A DNA stretch of 64,000 nucleotides from an uncultured Chlorobiaceae bacterium. Its GTDB lineage: Bacteria > Bacteroidota > Chlorobiia > Chlorobiales > Chlorobiaceae. The stretch lies in contig CAIJVD010000019.1 in NCBI GenBank assembly GCA_903824045.1, positions 1,758-65,757 of the forward strand, read 5' to 3'. Shown here in pieces: positions 50,959 through 60,951 of the stretch. The translations under genes and the position numbers were made by a program. The number at the start of each line of letters is the position of its first letter. The stretch's first letter is position 1. The notes beneath the pieces were generated by a model. The model ran no database searches. It was given only the letters and a program-made list of their open reading frames with translations, and was not told the origin of the DNA.

Positions 50959-50994
50959 AACACAAAGCCCCCGCACTGCCGGGGGCTTTGTGTT
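50959..50994. terminator. Bidirectional terminator
   Basis: AACACAAAGCCCCCG...CGGGGGCTTTGTGTT. Confidence 0.8.
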
Positions 50995-51040
50995 TGACTG
51001 TGCTTGAGGGCGCTCTCCTGTTCATGCATGAGCAGTTATT

Positions 51041-51116
51041 GTCATTTCGTCCCGACTTGTCGGGAGAGAAATCTTCTTTCTGAATGGCAGAGATACCTCT
51101 CTTCGTTCGGGATGAC
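51041..51116. repeat. Palindromic repeat family, beta+alpha pair
   Basis: GTCATTTCGTCCCGACTTGTCGGGAGAGAAATCT ... AGATACCTCTCTTCGTTCGGGATGAC. Confidence 0.82.
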
Positions 51117-51169
51117 AGTCGGGATAAGATCGGGATGAAAAACGGAGTGGTCGAAGTGAAAAACAGATG

Positions 51170-51814
51170 TTATCCGGCGGAGCGAACGGCTTCGATGAAG
51201 GCTTTTATCTTTTCGGGATCCTTGATGCCTGCCTCGATTTCGACACCGCTTGCGCTGTCAACCGCATAGGGTCGGGTGCGACGTACTGCTTCGGCGACGT
51301 TCAGGTGGTTCAGGCCGCCGGCAAGGATGGCGTGGCAGGAGTCTCCAAGCTCACGAAAGATACGTTCTGCAAGTGTAGCTTCGATGCTCTCGCCCGTTCC
51401 CCCTTTGATGCCGGCTCTGTAGGCGTCGAAGAGAAATGCGGTGCCCCCGCTTTTTTCCGAGAACTCACGCACCTCAGCTGTTTTGAAATCACTCTCCGGC
51501 CGGAAGACCTTTATCACCCTTGCCTCAGAAATGGAGCGCGCCTCCTCAGGGCCGTACTCCTCGCTGTGGAGTTGTGCGGCCTGAAGGCTGCAGTAACGGC
51601 AGATGGCGTTGATCTCTTCGGTGGAGTGTTCTACGAAGATGCCAGTTGCAACGACGAAGGGCGGAAGCTTTTCGATAATGGCTTTTGCCTGTTCAGGGGT
51701 GACTGCCCTGGAGCTGCTGCTGCTGAAGTTGAAGCCGAGTGCATCGGCGCCCGCGCGGCTCGCTTCAACTGCATCCTGAAGGCTGGTAATGCCGCAGATC
51801 TTGATTCTTGTCAT
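51170..51814 (-). CDS. trpF: Phosphoribosylanthranilate isomerase
   Basis: IKICGIT, AQLH, LFDAY, GGTG, ILAGGLN, VDSASGVE. Confidence 0.93.
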   Translation of the reverse strand: MTRIKICGITSLQDAVEASRAGADALGFNFSSSSSRAVTPEQAKAIIEKLPPFVVATGIFVEHSTEEINAICRYCSLQAAQLHSEEYGPEEARSISEARVIKVFRPESDFKTAEVREFSEKSGGTAFLFDAYRAGIKGGTGESIEATLAERIFRELGDSCHAILAGGLNHLNVAEAVRRTRPYAVDSASGVEIEAGIKDPEKIKAFIEAVRSAG

Positions 51815-51963
51815 CGGCCGGTATTGCGGTTGTTGAAATGGTTTTCGTCAAGATACGGATTTAATGACAGTTCCCCTCGCTGCGGGAGTAACGGCCGGTG
51901 GTTGCGATATTGCCATAATGTACGTATATTCGACGCCGGTCGGGCGTTGTATCGGCCGAGTGA

Positions 51964-52035
51964 TGGGGCGTCGCCAAGTGGTAAGGCATCGGCCTTTGGA
52001 GCCGACATTCGCAGGTTCGAATCCTGCCGCCCCAG
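51964..52035 (+). tRNA. tRNA-Gln(UUG)
   Basis: Cloverleaf; anticodon arm TCGGC-CTTTGGA-GCCGA; GGTTCGAATCC. Confidence 0.95.
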
Positions 52036-52110
52036 CAAAGAAAAAAGCAAAGAGGCGCCCCAATCAGGCGCCTCTTTGCTTTTCGATCCGGCCGATCCGA
52101 CTGATCACAT

Positions 52111-52147
52111 AAAAAAGGCCTGCCAGGGAACACCCGGGCAGGCCTTT
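52111..52147 (-). terminator. Terminator after ahcY
   Basis: AAAGGCCTGCC...GGCAGGCCTTT flanked by an A tract. Confidence 0.75.
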
Positions 52148-52172
52148 ATGCTTTTCTCGCCTCAGGCGAAGC

Positions 52173-53588
52173 TTAGTAGCGGTAGTGGTCGGGCTTGTAG
52201 GGGCCGTCCTGTGGAACGCCGATGTAGTCGGCCTGCTCGTCGGTGAGCCTGGTGAGCCTGACGCCGAGCTGTTCGAGGTGAAGCCTTGCAACCTCCTCAT
52301 CGAGCGATTTTGGCAGCCTGTAGACACCAACTTCATACTCCTTGGTCCAGAGTTCGATTTGGGCGAGCGTCTGGTTGGTGAAGGAGTTGCTCATCACAAA
52401 CGACGGGTGACCGGTTGCGCAACCGAGGTTGACGAGGCGGCCCTCTGCGAGCAGATAGATGCAGTTGCCGTTCTCGAAGGTGTACTTGTCGACCTGCGGC
52501 TTGATGTTGAGTCTTGTCGCGCCCTTGTATGCATAGAGCTGCTCGACCTGGATCTCGTTGTCGAAGTGGCCGATGTTGCAGACGATCGCTTCGTCCTTCA
52601 TCTGCTTCATGTGCTCAAGGGTGATGACATCCTTGTTGCCGGTAGTGGTCACAAAGATGTTTCCTTCCGTGACCGCCTCGTCCATGGTCGCAACCTCATA
52701 ACCTTCCATTGCAGCCTGAAGCGCGCAGATTGGATCGATTTCGGTGACAATCACCCGTGCGCCGTATGCGCGCATTGAGCGGGCGGAACCTTTGCCGACG
52801 TCGCCGTAGCCGAGCACGACGACCACCTTGCCTGCAACCATGACGTCGGTCGCACGCTTGATGCCGTCTGCCAGCGATTCGCGGCATCCGTAGAGGTTGT
52901 CGAACTTCGACTTGGTGACCGAGTCGTTGACGTTGATGGCAGGGAAGAGCAGTTCGCCTTTTTCCATCATCTGGTAGAGGCGGTGCACGCCGGTGGTGGT
53001 CTCTTCCGATACACCCTTCATTTCGGCAGCAACCTTGTGCCAGCGCTGGGTGTCCTCTGCAAAGACCTCGCGAAGCTGCTGGTAGAGAGCCTTCTCTTCG
53101 GCATTGCCCGGGGCTTTCTGGAGGAGTGAGGGCTCATTCTCGATCTTGTAGCCGAGGATGATCATCAGGGTTGCATCACCGCCGTCATCGACGATGAGGT
53201 TTGGCCCTTTGCCGCCTTCGAATTCGAGGATCTGGCGTGTACACCACCAGTACTCTTCAAGGCTCTCGCCCTTCCAGGCAAAGACCGGTACGCCCGCTTT
53301 GGCTATAGCCGCAGCGGCGTGGTCCTGGGTTGAGAAGATGTTGCAGCTTGCCCACCGGACTTCAGCGCCGAGCTCCACAAGGGTCTCAATCAGCACTGCG
53401 GTCTGAATGGTCATGTGCAGGGAGCCCGCGATGCGTGCTCCTTTCAGCGGATATTTGCCGGCATATTTGCGCCTGGTGGCCATAAGGCCCGGCATCTCTT
53501 TTTCTGCGACATCGATCTCCTTGCGTCCCCATTCGGCAAGCGAGATATCGGCTACTTTATAATCAAGTCTTTCTGCGACAGTTGTCAT
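52173..53588 (-). CDS. ahcY: S-adenosylhomocysteine hydrolase
   Basis: [45 protein letters not shown]. Confidence 0.98.
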   Translation of the reverse strand: MTTVAERLDYKVADISLAEWGRKEIDVAEKEMPGLMATRRKYAGKYPLKGARIAGSLHMTIQTAVLIETLVELGAEVRWASCNIFSTQDHAAAAIAKAGVPVFAWKGESLEEYWWCTRQILEFEGGKGPNLIVDDGGDATLMIILGYKIENEPSLLQKAPGNAEEKALYQQLREVFAEDTQRWHKVAAEMKGVSEETTTGVHRLYQMMEKGELLFPAINVNDSVTKSKFDNLYGCRESLADGIKRATDVMVAGKVVVVLGYGDVGKGSARSMRAYGARVIVTEIDPICALQAAMEGYEVATMDEAVTEGNIFVTTTGNKDVITLEHMKQMKDEAIVCNIGHFDNEIQVEQLYAYKGATRLNIKPQVDKYTFENGNCIYLLAEGRLVNLGCATGHPSFVMSNSFTNQTLAQIELWTKEYEVGVYRLPKSLDEEVARLHLEQLGVRLTRLTDEQADYIGVPQDGPYKPDHYRY

Positions 53589-53622
53589 GTGTTCGTCGGG
53601 TTTTTTTAAAGTTTATTAGGGT

Positions 53623-54837
53623 TCAAGCCAGGTTGAAAGCCTTTTTCAGTTCAGCAACCTTGTCGGTTTTCTCCCACGGGAAGATATCGCGGCCGAAGTG
53701 TCCGTAGGCAGCGGTCTGCTGGTAGTTCCAGCCGTGTGGTTTGTCGAGGTTGAAGCGCCTGATGATGGCTGCCGGACGAAGATCGAAGATCAGCTCGGCT
53801 TTTTCCTGAATGCCTGCATCGTCGAGGCCGTGCTTGGCTGTGTCGTGGGTGTTGATGTAGATCGACACGGGACGTGCGACGCCGATGGCGTAGGAGACCT
53901 GAACGGTGCACTTGTCGGCAAGGCCGGCAGCGACAATGTTTTTTGCGACGTGGCGAGCTGCATAGGCTGCGCTGCGGTCGACCTTCGAAGGATCCTTGCC
54001 GCTGAATGCGCCGCCGCCGTGAGGAGCTGCTCCGCCGTAGGTGTCGACAATGATCTTGCGTCCGGTCAGACCGGTATCGCCGTGTGGTCCGCCGATTTCA
54101 AAACGACCGGTCGGATTGATGTGCAGCTTGGTATTCTCGTCGAGAAGGTTTGCAGGGATGACTTTTCTGATGACGTTCTCGATGACGTCCTTCTTGATGA
54201 CTTCCTGGAACTGGGCTTCGCTCAGTCCAGCAGGCTCGGGGTCGTGCTGGGTAGAGACGACGACAGCGTCAACGCGCTTGACAACTTCATTTTCGTACTC
54301 GAGTGTGACCTGGCTCTTGGCATCAGGGCGGAGGTAGGTCATGATTTTGCCCTCTTTGCGGATATCGGCCAGCGTCTTGACGAGCTGCTGTGCAAACTGG
54401 ATTGCGGCAGGCATCAGCTCCGGGGTTTCGGTGCAGGCGTAGCCGAACATCATGCCCTGGTCACCGGCGCCGACGCGGTCGAACTCGTCAGCGATCTCTT
54501 CCTTGCGGTCAACACCGCGGTTGATGTCGGGCGACTGCGCATGCAGTGCCGAAAGGATGCCGCAGGAGTGCGCATCGAACATGTATTCGCCTTTGGTGTA
54601 GCCGATCTCGGTGATGACTTTGCGGGCGACGGTCTGGACATCGACGATCCCTTTCGTTGTAACCTCACCGCCGACGATCACCTGCCCGGTTGTGACGAAC
54701 GTTTCGCAGGCAACGCGTGAAGCAGGGTCCTGAATGAGAAACTGGTCGAGTACTGCATCGGAAATCTGATCGGCAACCTTGTCCGGATGACCTTCGGATA
54801 CGGACTCAGAGGTAAAGAAATACCTTTTCTGTGACAT
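53623..54837 (-). CDS. metK: S-adenosylmethionine synthetase
   Basis: [34 protein letters not shown]. Confidence 0.98.
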   Translation of the reverse strand: MSQKRYFFTSESVSEGHPDKVADQISDAVLDQFLIQDPASRVACETFVTTGQVIVGGEVTTKGIVDVQTVARKVITEIGYTKGEYMFDAHSCGILSALHAQSPDINRGVDRKEEIADEFDRVGAGDQGMMFGYACTETPELMPAAIQFAQQLVKTLADIRKEGKIMTYLRPDAKSQVTLEYENEVVKRVDAVVVSTQHDPEPAGLSEAQFQEVIKKDVIENVIRKVIPANLLDENTKLHINPTGRFEIGGPHGDTGLTGRKIIVDTYGGAAPHGGGAFSGKDPSKVDRSAAYAARHVAKNIVAAGLADKCTVQVSYAIGVARPVSIYINTHDTAKHGLDDAGIQEKAELIFDLRPAAIIRRFNLDKPHGWNYQQTAAYGHFGRDIFPWEKTDKVAELKKAFNLA

Positions 54838-54958
54838 GTTTCAATAATGGTTTGGTTGAACGGATAGCACAATAACTACAGAAAAAACTGCGTCTGTGGA
54901 TCGTTTTTCTATGAGAGGGTTTCAATGAGAAATGACCTGGACACGGAAAAACTTCCGA

Positions 54959-55025
54959 CAAGCTCAAGGGGCAGAACCCTTTTCTGGGAGCTTGCGGCAC
55001 CGTGTCCATAGGTAATGGGGATGCC
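54959..55025 (-). ncRNA. Structured metK-ahcY leader, probably the SAM-Chlorobi RNA motif
   Basis: Two nested hairpins (GGCAUC/GGUGCC with CCAU/AUGG; CAAGCUC/GAGCUUG with AAGGG/CCCUU) downstream of TTGGAT-N17-TACATT; position matches the known motif. Confidence 0.6.
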
Positions 55026-55242
55026 AGAGAGAAAACTGAAAACAAATGTAATAAATCGCAAGATTTCATCCAAAAAATCTCTTTTGCGCAAAACACCGGG
55101 CTGAACGGCAAATCATTTCTTTCGTTGGCGGGTATGGTAAGTTCACGTTTTCAGGAACGTCCCGCAAGCCCCACAGCAAGCCCAAAAAAAATCTCTTGCG
55201 TGCTCGATTTCAGGTTGAGCCGGAAATCATTGGCGAGGGTTT

Positions 55243-55325
55243 GTCATTTCGAACGCAGAGAGAAATCTATTCTCCGCATGACACGGAACCGAGATCGTTC
55301 TGTCGAAAAGTCGGGACGAGATGAC
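55243..55325. repeat. Palindromic repeat family, alpha+beta pair
   Basis: GTCATTTCGAACGCAGAGAGAAATCT ... AGATCGTTCTGTCGAAAAGTCGGGACGAGATGAC. Confidence 0.82.
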
Positions 55326-55396
55326 ATGGATCTTCTCTTGTCCACAGCGTCCACTTTTGTTCACCATTTCTTCGTCCACCAAGTCCGCTTTTCTTT

Positions 55397-56374
55397 TCAC
55401 CCGACTCGTATTTCCGAGTAGTCGCCGATATTGACCGACTGCGGGTTGCCCGAGATGACGGCGTTGTTGCCGATGATGGAGTGGTCGAGCATGATCTGGC
55501 TTACCCTCGCATAGTTGCCGACAATGGAGTTTTCGACGATGGCGTCCTTGATGACGGCCTGCCAGCCGATGGTGGTGTTTGGTCCGATGATGGAGTTTTC
55601 GATTGTTGCTGTATCGGCAATGAAGACCGGTTCATTGATGATGCAGCCGTGAAACTGCCTGGCCGAAGGCTGTTTCTGAAGGAGGATCTCATTGGTCGAA
55701 AGCAGCGTTTCGGGTTTGCCGCAGTCATACCATCCCTGAACAGGGAATGCGGTGAAGGTTTCGCCGTCCTCGATCATCAGCTCAAGGGCGTCGGTCAGCT
55801 GGTACTCTCCCTTGGTGGTGATGTTCTCATCAATCAGATGCTCAATGCGTTCAAAGAGCGGGCCTGCATGAAGAAGGAAATAAAGACCCACTATGGCAAG
55901 GTTGCTGATCGGGGTATCGGGCTTCTCAACCAGCTTCGCGATTTTGCCCTCTCCCATGACCGCCACGCCGAACCTTCGGGGATCCTCGACCTCCTTGACG
56001 CCAAGCGTCGAGTGGGGGCTTTTGAGGACAGGATTGAGGTCAACATCGAAAATGGTGTCGCCGAGAATGATCAGGAGCGGTTCATCCGGAGTGACATAAG
56101 GTCGGCACATCCAGATCGCATGCGCAAGGCCGAGCCGTTCCGGCTGGTTGACAAAGGTAAACTTTATTTTATAGTGAGCCTTCAGCCAGTCTTCGACCAT
56201 GTTGCCGAGATAGCCGACGATGACGATGGCCTCATCGATGCCGGCATCGATGAGTTTGTCCATGATATGGCCGATAATAGGCTTTCCGGCCACGTTGAGC
56301 AGTACTTTCGGATGTGAGAAGGTGTGTGGTCTGAGCCGGGTTCCTACACCCGCGACAGGAATAATTGCTTTCAT
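55397..56374 (-). CDS. Sugar-phosphate nucleotidyltransferase (glucose-1-phosphate thymidylyltransferase-like)
   Basis: AGVGTRLRPHT, LGLAHA, EKP, GEYQLTD; hexapeptide tail. Confidence 0.9.
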   Translation of the reverse strand: MKAIIPVAGVGTRLRPHTFSHPKVLLNVAGKPIIGHIMDKLIDAGIDEAIVIVGYLGNMVEDWLKAHYKIKFTFVNQPERLGLAHAIWMCRPYVTPDEPLLIILGDTIFDVDLNPVLKSPHSTLGVKEVEDPRRFGVAVMGEGKIAKLVEKPDTPISNLAIVGLYFLLHAGPLFERIEHLIDENITTKGEYQLTDALELMIEDGETFTAFPVQGWYDCGKPETLLSTNEILLQKQPSARQFHGCIINEPVFIADTATIENSIIGPNTTIGWQAVIKDAIVENSIVGNYARVSQIMLDHSIIGNNAVISGNPQSVNIGDYSEIRVG

Positions 56375-56606
56375 GGTTAAGCCATTTATTCAGGTTGTGC
56401 TACCTTGTGGGCCGTGTTTCATTAATGTTACAAAAAACTGCCCGAAAACTAAATTTTCCATTGCACCGGATTGGCTGTTAAATAACGAAATCAGTTGTAT
56501 TTTATCGAAGCATGAAATACTATAGCTGAAAGGGTTGCGCTGGCGTGGTAAAGCAACCCGGTTTATTAGCACTCCCAGTCAAGACGAATTAAAAGAATAT
56601 CTGAGT

Positions 56607-57011
56607 ATGGCGGGCAGGTCCAAGAGTTTATTCAGGCAGTCAGGGGTTATTCCCGTCCTTGATGACAGGCTTGTGTTGATTACTGCCAGAAAGTCGGACC
56701 GCTGGATTATCCCCAAGGGGTACGTTGAGAAAGGACTTTCTCCAGCGGAATCGGCCGCAAAGGAGGCTTTTGAGGAGGCTGGCCTGATCGGTGCGGTTCA
56801 TGATGAAGCGGCCGGAAACTACCAATACAGCAAGCTCGGCAAGCTGTTTTCAGTCCAGGTCTATCCGCTTTTTGTTGAAACCATGCTCGACGAATGGGAG
56901 GAGATGCATCTCCGCCAGCGCAGACTCGTCACTCCCGCTGAAGCGCTCGATATGGTCTGCCACCAGGACATCCGGCGAATCATTGCCGGTTTTTTCGAAA
57001 ACGTCCGGTAG
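56607..57011 (+). CDS. NUDIX hydrolase
   Basis: WIIPKGYVEKGLSPAESAAKEAFEEAG. Confidence 0.88.
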   Translation: MAGRSKSLFRQSGVIPVLDDRLVLITARKSDRWIIPKGYVEKGLSPAESAAKEAFEEAGLIGAVHDEAAGNYQYSKLGKLFSVQVYPLFVETMLDEWEEMHLRQRRLVTPAEALDMVCHQDIRRIIAGFFENVR

Positions 57012-57134
57012 GAGTTCAGCGAAAAGAGCCGTTTTCACTGTTTTTCCTCTTCCAATTTGCCTCCTCCTTTCGTCTCAATTATTATTTTTGGAATTAATGT
57101 TCTTGTGGTATATTGGGAGCCTTCCGTTAAGGAA

Positions 57135-57207
57135 CGGGGCGTGGCGCAGTTGGTAGCGTGCCTGCTTTGGGAGCAGGAGGTCCCGAGTTCGAGTCTCGGC
57201 GCCCCGA
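57135..57207 (+). tRNA. tRNA-Pro(UGG)
   Basis: Anticodon arm CCTGC-TTTGGGA-GCAGG. Confidence 0.95.
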
Positions 57208-57234
57208 CAGGTTAGGCTGTCAGCAATTGAGTTT

Positions 57235-57307
<73 letters not shown>

Positions 57308-57332
57308 CAGATAGAAATTTTACGTTTTCTAT

Positions 57333-57407
57333 GGTGATTGTAGCTCAGTTGGTTAGAGCGCCAGGTTGTGGCCCTGGAGGTCGGGGGTTCGAGTCCCCTC
57401 ATTCACC
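57333..57407 (+). tRNA. tRNA-His(GUG)
   Basis: Anticodon arm CCAGG-TTGTGGC-CCTGG; encoded G-1. Confidence 0.95.
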
Positions 57408-57417
57408 CATGTTTTTA

Positions 57418-57489
57418 GGCCCCATCGACTAGCGGTTAGGTCACCACCCTTTCAAGGTGGCGGGACGGGTTCGAATCCCGTTGGGGTCA
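57418..57489 (+). tRNA. tRNA-Glu(UUC)
   Basis: Anticodon arm CCACC-CTTTCAA-GGTGG. Confidence 0.95.
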
Positions 57490-57657
57490 CTCTCTTTCTC
57501 TTCAGCATCCGGCATTTTACGTTTCCTCCCCGGTCGTTGCACTGTCGGGTGCAATTTATTCCGGCGCTGTTGATGCGGCTCTTGAACTCTGTTATTAAGC
57601 TCTGTCAGCTGCCGGCTCAGGGCTTTTTTTATTCATGAATGCAGATTTTCCTCTCCT

Positions 57658-60069
57658 ATGAAAATATCTGTCAGCTGGCTTAAAGAGTTTCTCCCCACAT
57701 TCTCTTCCGATATTCCATCACTTGTTGACAAGCTGACCTTTCTCGGACTTGAAGTTGAAGAGGTAGTGGCGCAGGCGGTTCCGGACGATCTTGTTGTTGT
57801 CGGCAGGATCGTGGAAGTGCTTGGGCATCCTAATGCTGAGCGGCTGAGCATCTGCCGTGTCGATGTTGGTGGGGAAGAACCCCTTCAGATCGTTTGCGGG
57901 GCGCCGAATGTCAGGCCGGGCATGACTGTTCCCGTGGCCACCCTCAAGGCGAAGCTTCAACTTCCCGGAGGCGAGAGCATGACCATAAAGCCTTCGAAGA
58001 TCCGCGGTGAACAATCTTTCGGCATGATCTGCGCGGCTGACGAACTGGGTCTATCCGCAGATCATTCGGGCGTCATGGAGCTCGACGAATCCTGCCAGAT
58101 CGGCGTGCCGTTCTCCCGCTACCTCGACGGAGGTGTCATGCTCGATATCGCCGTCACACCGAACCGTCCGGACGTGCTCTCTCATCTCGGTGTCGCAAGA
58201 GAGCTTGCGGGACGCGAGGAGATCCATTATCCCCGGCGCCACCCCATCGAATTTGCGAAAACAGGCCAGCTGGTTGAGGTTCAGGATCCGGTCGCCTGCC
58301 CCTGTTATACCGGTGTGGTCATTCGCGGCGTCACCGTCGCCCAGTCACCCGTCTGGCTCCAGAAGAAGCTTGAGAGCATCGGCCTGCGTCCGAAAAACAA
58401 TATCGTCGACATCACCAACTATATTCTTCACGGCCTCGGCCAGCCCCTTCACGCGTTCGATCTCGCAAAGCTCGCCGAGGGCAGGATTGTGGTTCGCAGC
58501 GATGTCAGCGCTGATTTCACCTCCATTACCCAGCAGACCGTCAGGATTGAGCCCGGAATGCTGGCCATCTGCGACGCCCAAAAGCCCGTTGCGCTTGCTG
58601 GTGTCATGGGAGGCTTCGATTCCGCAGTGAGCGACTCCACGACCGACATTCTGCTTGAGGCGGCCTACTTCAACCCCTCCATGATTCGCAAATCCGCGAA
58701 GAGGGCAGCGATCTCTTCTGACTCATCCTATCGCTACGAGCGCGGCATCGATCCGTGCAACGTCAAGCGTGCGGCGGAGTGCGCCGTGGCCCTGATTCTG
58801 GAACTTGCCGGCGGCAGTATAGACGCAACCCGTGAGTGCGGCTCCGAGCCGGAGGGCGGCCTCCAGATTACGCTGAGGCCTTCGAGGGTCAACGCCATGC
58901 TTGGTACCGCAATAGCGCCCGCCGCAATACAGGAGATGCTTGAGCGTATCGGCTTTTCGGCCGCTGGTGGGGAAGGGGAGTTCATCGACTTTCTTGTGCC
59001 CTCCTTCCGTGTCGACGTTTCGGCTGAGATCGACCTCGTTGAGGAGGTTGCCCGACTCTACGGCTACGACAACATTCCCCCGTCTCCCCAGATGGTAACC
59101 ACCTATCCTGAGTCGCGGCGCTTTCCTGAGTTTTTCCCCGACTTTCTCCGCTCAATCATGGTCGGCCTGAATTTCAGGGAGATCCTTACCAATCCGCTCA
59201 TAAAAAGGGAGGAGGCCGCTCTTTTCAGCGACTCGCTCGTGGGCGTTCTCAACCCTATCAGCGAAGGTCTTGAGGTGCTCAGGCCATCATTGCTGCCCGG
59301 TTTTCTCAAGGTCATCAGCCATAATATTCGCCACGGCAACAAGGATCAGAAGCTTTTCGAGGTCGCTCGCGGCTTCAGCAGCGTTCCCTCTGCCGAAAGC
59401 GGCCACCGCTCTCCGCTCGACAGCTACAGCGAGCGCGAATACCTCCTCGTCGCCATGACGGGATGCCGTCATCCCCGAGTCTGGAACCAGTCGCCGGATA
59501 AGGCTGATTTTTATGATCTTACCGGTGCGGTCGAGATGCTTCTTGAGAAGCTGAATTTGCTTGAAAAATCAGCAGTTAATATTTATAATGAAAAAACCAT
59601 CAGTATTGATTTGCAGCTGACGGAAAAAGGGAAATCCCGCCCGTGCAGGGTGGGTGTTGTTCAGCAGGTCGATACAGACCTTTTGAGGAAATTTGACATC
59701 AGCCAGGAGGTATATGTCGCGGAACTCGATGCAGCTGTTCTTGAGCGTTGCTTCAGTCCGGATGTGGCCTATGAGCCGCCGTCCAAATTTCCTGTAGTAC
59801 AGAGGGATCTGTCGCTTGTTCTACCGCCTGATGTTACCGTAAAGTCACTTGTTGAGCTTGTTCGCTCAAGTGACTCCCTGATCAGGGATGTGTGCGTCTT
59901 CGATCTTTTCGAACGCGCTGAAAGCGAAGGAGGGGAGCGCAGTGTCGCACTCTCGCTGGAAATCGCCGATCATGCGGGAACGTTGCAGGATGAAAGAATC
60001 AGCGATATTCTCTCCAAAGTCGGCAGCAATGCCGAAAGTAAGCTCGGTGCGGTGATTCGACAAGTCTGA
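57658..60069 (+). CDS. pheT: Phenylalanyl-tRNA synthetase beta subunit
   Basis: VCGAPNV, VTPNRPD, VDITNY, RYERGID, KFPVVQRDLS FDX-ACB domain. Confidence 0.97.
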   Translation: MKISVSWLKEFLPTFSSDIPSLVDKLTFLGLEVEEVVAQAVPDDLVVVGRIVEVLGHPNAERLSICRVDVGGEEPLQIVCGAPNVRPGMTVPVATLKAKLQLPGGESMTIKPSKIRGEQSFGMICAADELGLSADHSGVMELDESCQIGVPFSRYLDGGVMLDIAVTPNRPDVLSHLGVARELAGREEIHYPRRHPIEFAKTGQLVEVQDPVACPCYTGVVIRGVTVAQSPVWLQKKLESIGLRPKNNIVDITNYILHGLGQPLHAFDLAKLAEGRIVVRSDVSADFTSITQQTVRIEPGMLAICDAQKPVALAGVMGGFDSAVSDSTTDILLEAAYFNPSMIRKSAKRAAISSDSSYRYERGIDPCNVKRAAECAVALILELAGGSIDATRECGSEPEGGLQITLRPSRVNAMLGTAIAPAAIQEMLERIGFSAAGGEGEFIDFLVPSFRVDVSAEIDLVEEVARLYGYDNIPPSPQMVTTYPESRRFPEFFPDFLRSIMVGLNFREILTNPLIKREEAALFSDSLVGVLNPISEGLEVLRPSLLPGFLKVISHNIRHGNKDQKLFEVARGFSSVPSAESGHRSPLDSYSEREYLLVAMTGCRHPRVWNQSPDKADFYDLTGAVEMLLEKLNLLEKSAVNIYNEKTISIDLQLTEKGKSRPCRVGVVQQVDTDLLRKFDISQEVYVAELDAAVLERCFSPDVAYEPPSKFPVVQRDLSLVLPPDVTVKSLVELVRSSDSLIRDVCVFDLFERAESEGGERSVALSLEIADHAGTLQDERISDILSKVGSNAESKLGAVIRQV

Positions 60070-60082
60070 TACTCTTTGTTTC

Positions 60083-60367
60083 ATGTCTGATTTTAACGTC
60101 AACCTCCTCGAGGAAAATATTGAACTCCTCGTTGCCCGGTTGAATGAGTGCCGGAAAGAGAATGAGCTGCTGCGATCGGAACTCTCAAGTCTTCAGGAAG
60201 TCCTGAGAGCCATGAAGATTCCCGGTGCAGCCGGTTTGTCCGGACAGGATGCAGGGGCGCCTACCATTGGTGCCTTCGCCTATGCAGAAAAACTCCAGGT
60301 GAAACAGAAGCTGGTCCTGATTTTGCAGAAAATAGAGATGGAACTCAGAAATGATCAGACCTTGTAG
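60083..60367 (+). CDS. Coiled-coil protein, ZapB-like
   Basis: Heptad N-terminus; lies between pheT and zapA. Confidence 0.65.
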   Translation: MSDFNVNLLEENIELLVARLNECRKENELLRSELSSLQEVLRAMKIPGAAGLSGQDAGAPTIGAFAYAEKLQVKQKLVLILQKIEMELRNDQTL

Positions 60368-60375
60368 GTGATGAG

Positions 60376-60639
60376 ATGGAGAAAATTGATGTACATGTTT
60401 ATGGCGACCGTTATCCTTTAAGAGCCGAAAGGCGTGAGCTGACCGAAAAGGCAGCGAAGGATGTCGATGGAACTATGCGGCTTTATGCCGAACAGGCCCC
60501 GACGTTCGAGCCCGTGAAACTGGCCGTATTATCGGCTATATCCTTCGCGGAAAAGAAGATAGAGCTCGAAGAGGAGATGGCGTCGCTCAAGCAGAAACTT
60601 GCCACGCTCAACGTTTTAATTGGACAGAATCTGCAATAA
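60376..60639 (+). CDS. zapA: Cell division protein ZapA
   Basis: VHVYGDRYPL, AAKDVD, KLAVLSAI, C-terminal coiled coil. Confidence 0.8.
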   Translation: MEKIDVHVYGDRYPLRAERRELTEKAAKDVDGTMRLYAEQAPTFEPVKLAVLSAISFAEKKIELEEEMASLKQKLATLNVLIGQNLQ

Positions 60640-60689
60640 ACCTACATTATACCAGAAGAAATATCCGCACCAGTTGATTGAGGTGTTTG

Positions 60690-60870
60690 TAAGTAAAAGA
60701 ACTAACACTATAGAAAAGGGAGCCCAACGCTTCATTTTGATTGCAGGCCTTGTCGGGCTTTTTCTGACACGTGCAGAGATGGCTTGAGGATGGTGGAAAC
60801 ACTCTCCCGTTGGAAGCAAAATATTTGAAGGAGGCGCCCACCGTGCACAACGGGTTCTTGAATCTTACAC
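60690..60870 (+). ncRNA. ssrS: Probable 6S RNA (boundaries approximate)
   Basis: zapA-[gap]-rny synteny; GAGCCC/GGGTTC and TGTAAG/CTTACA pairings; 3' TTGAAGGAGGCGCCCACC...GGGTTC pattern. Confidence 0.6.
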
Positions 60871-60951
60871 ATCTTGTGATGGTGCGGATTTTTTTTGTTT
60901 AAAATCGGGTGCCGCTTTGACTCTAAGGGCATCAAAAAGGAGGGAGTTTTA

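Noticed and set aside
51167-52246. 359-aa plus-strand ORF
   Set aside because: Runs antisense through trpF and across tRNA-Gln and two terminators
54840-55100. SAM-I or SAH riboswitch before metK
   Set aside because: Only GGTGCC matches; the ATC.AGA, kink-turn and GCAACC elements are absent
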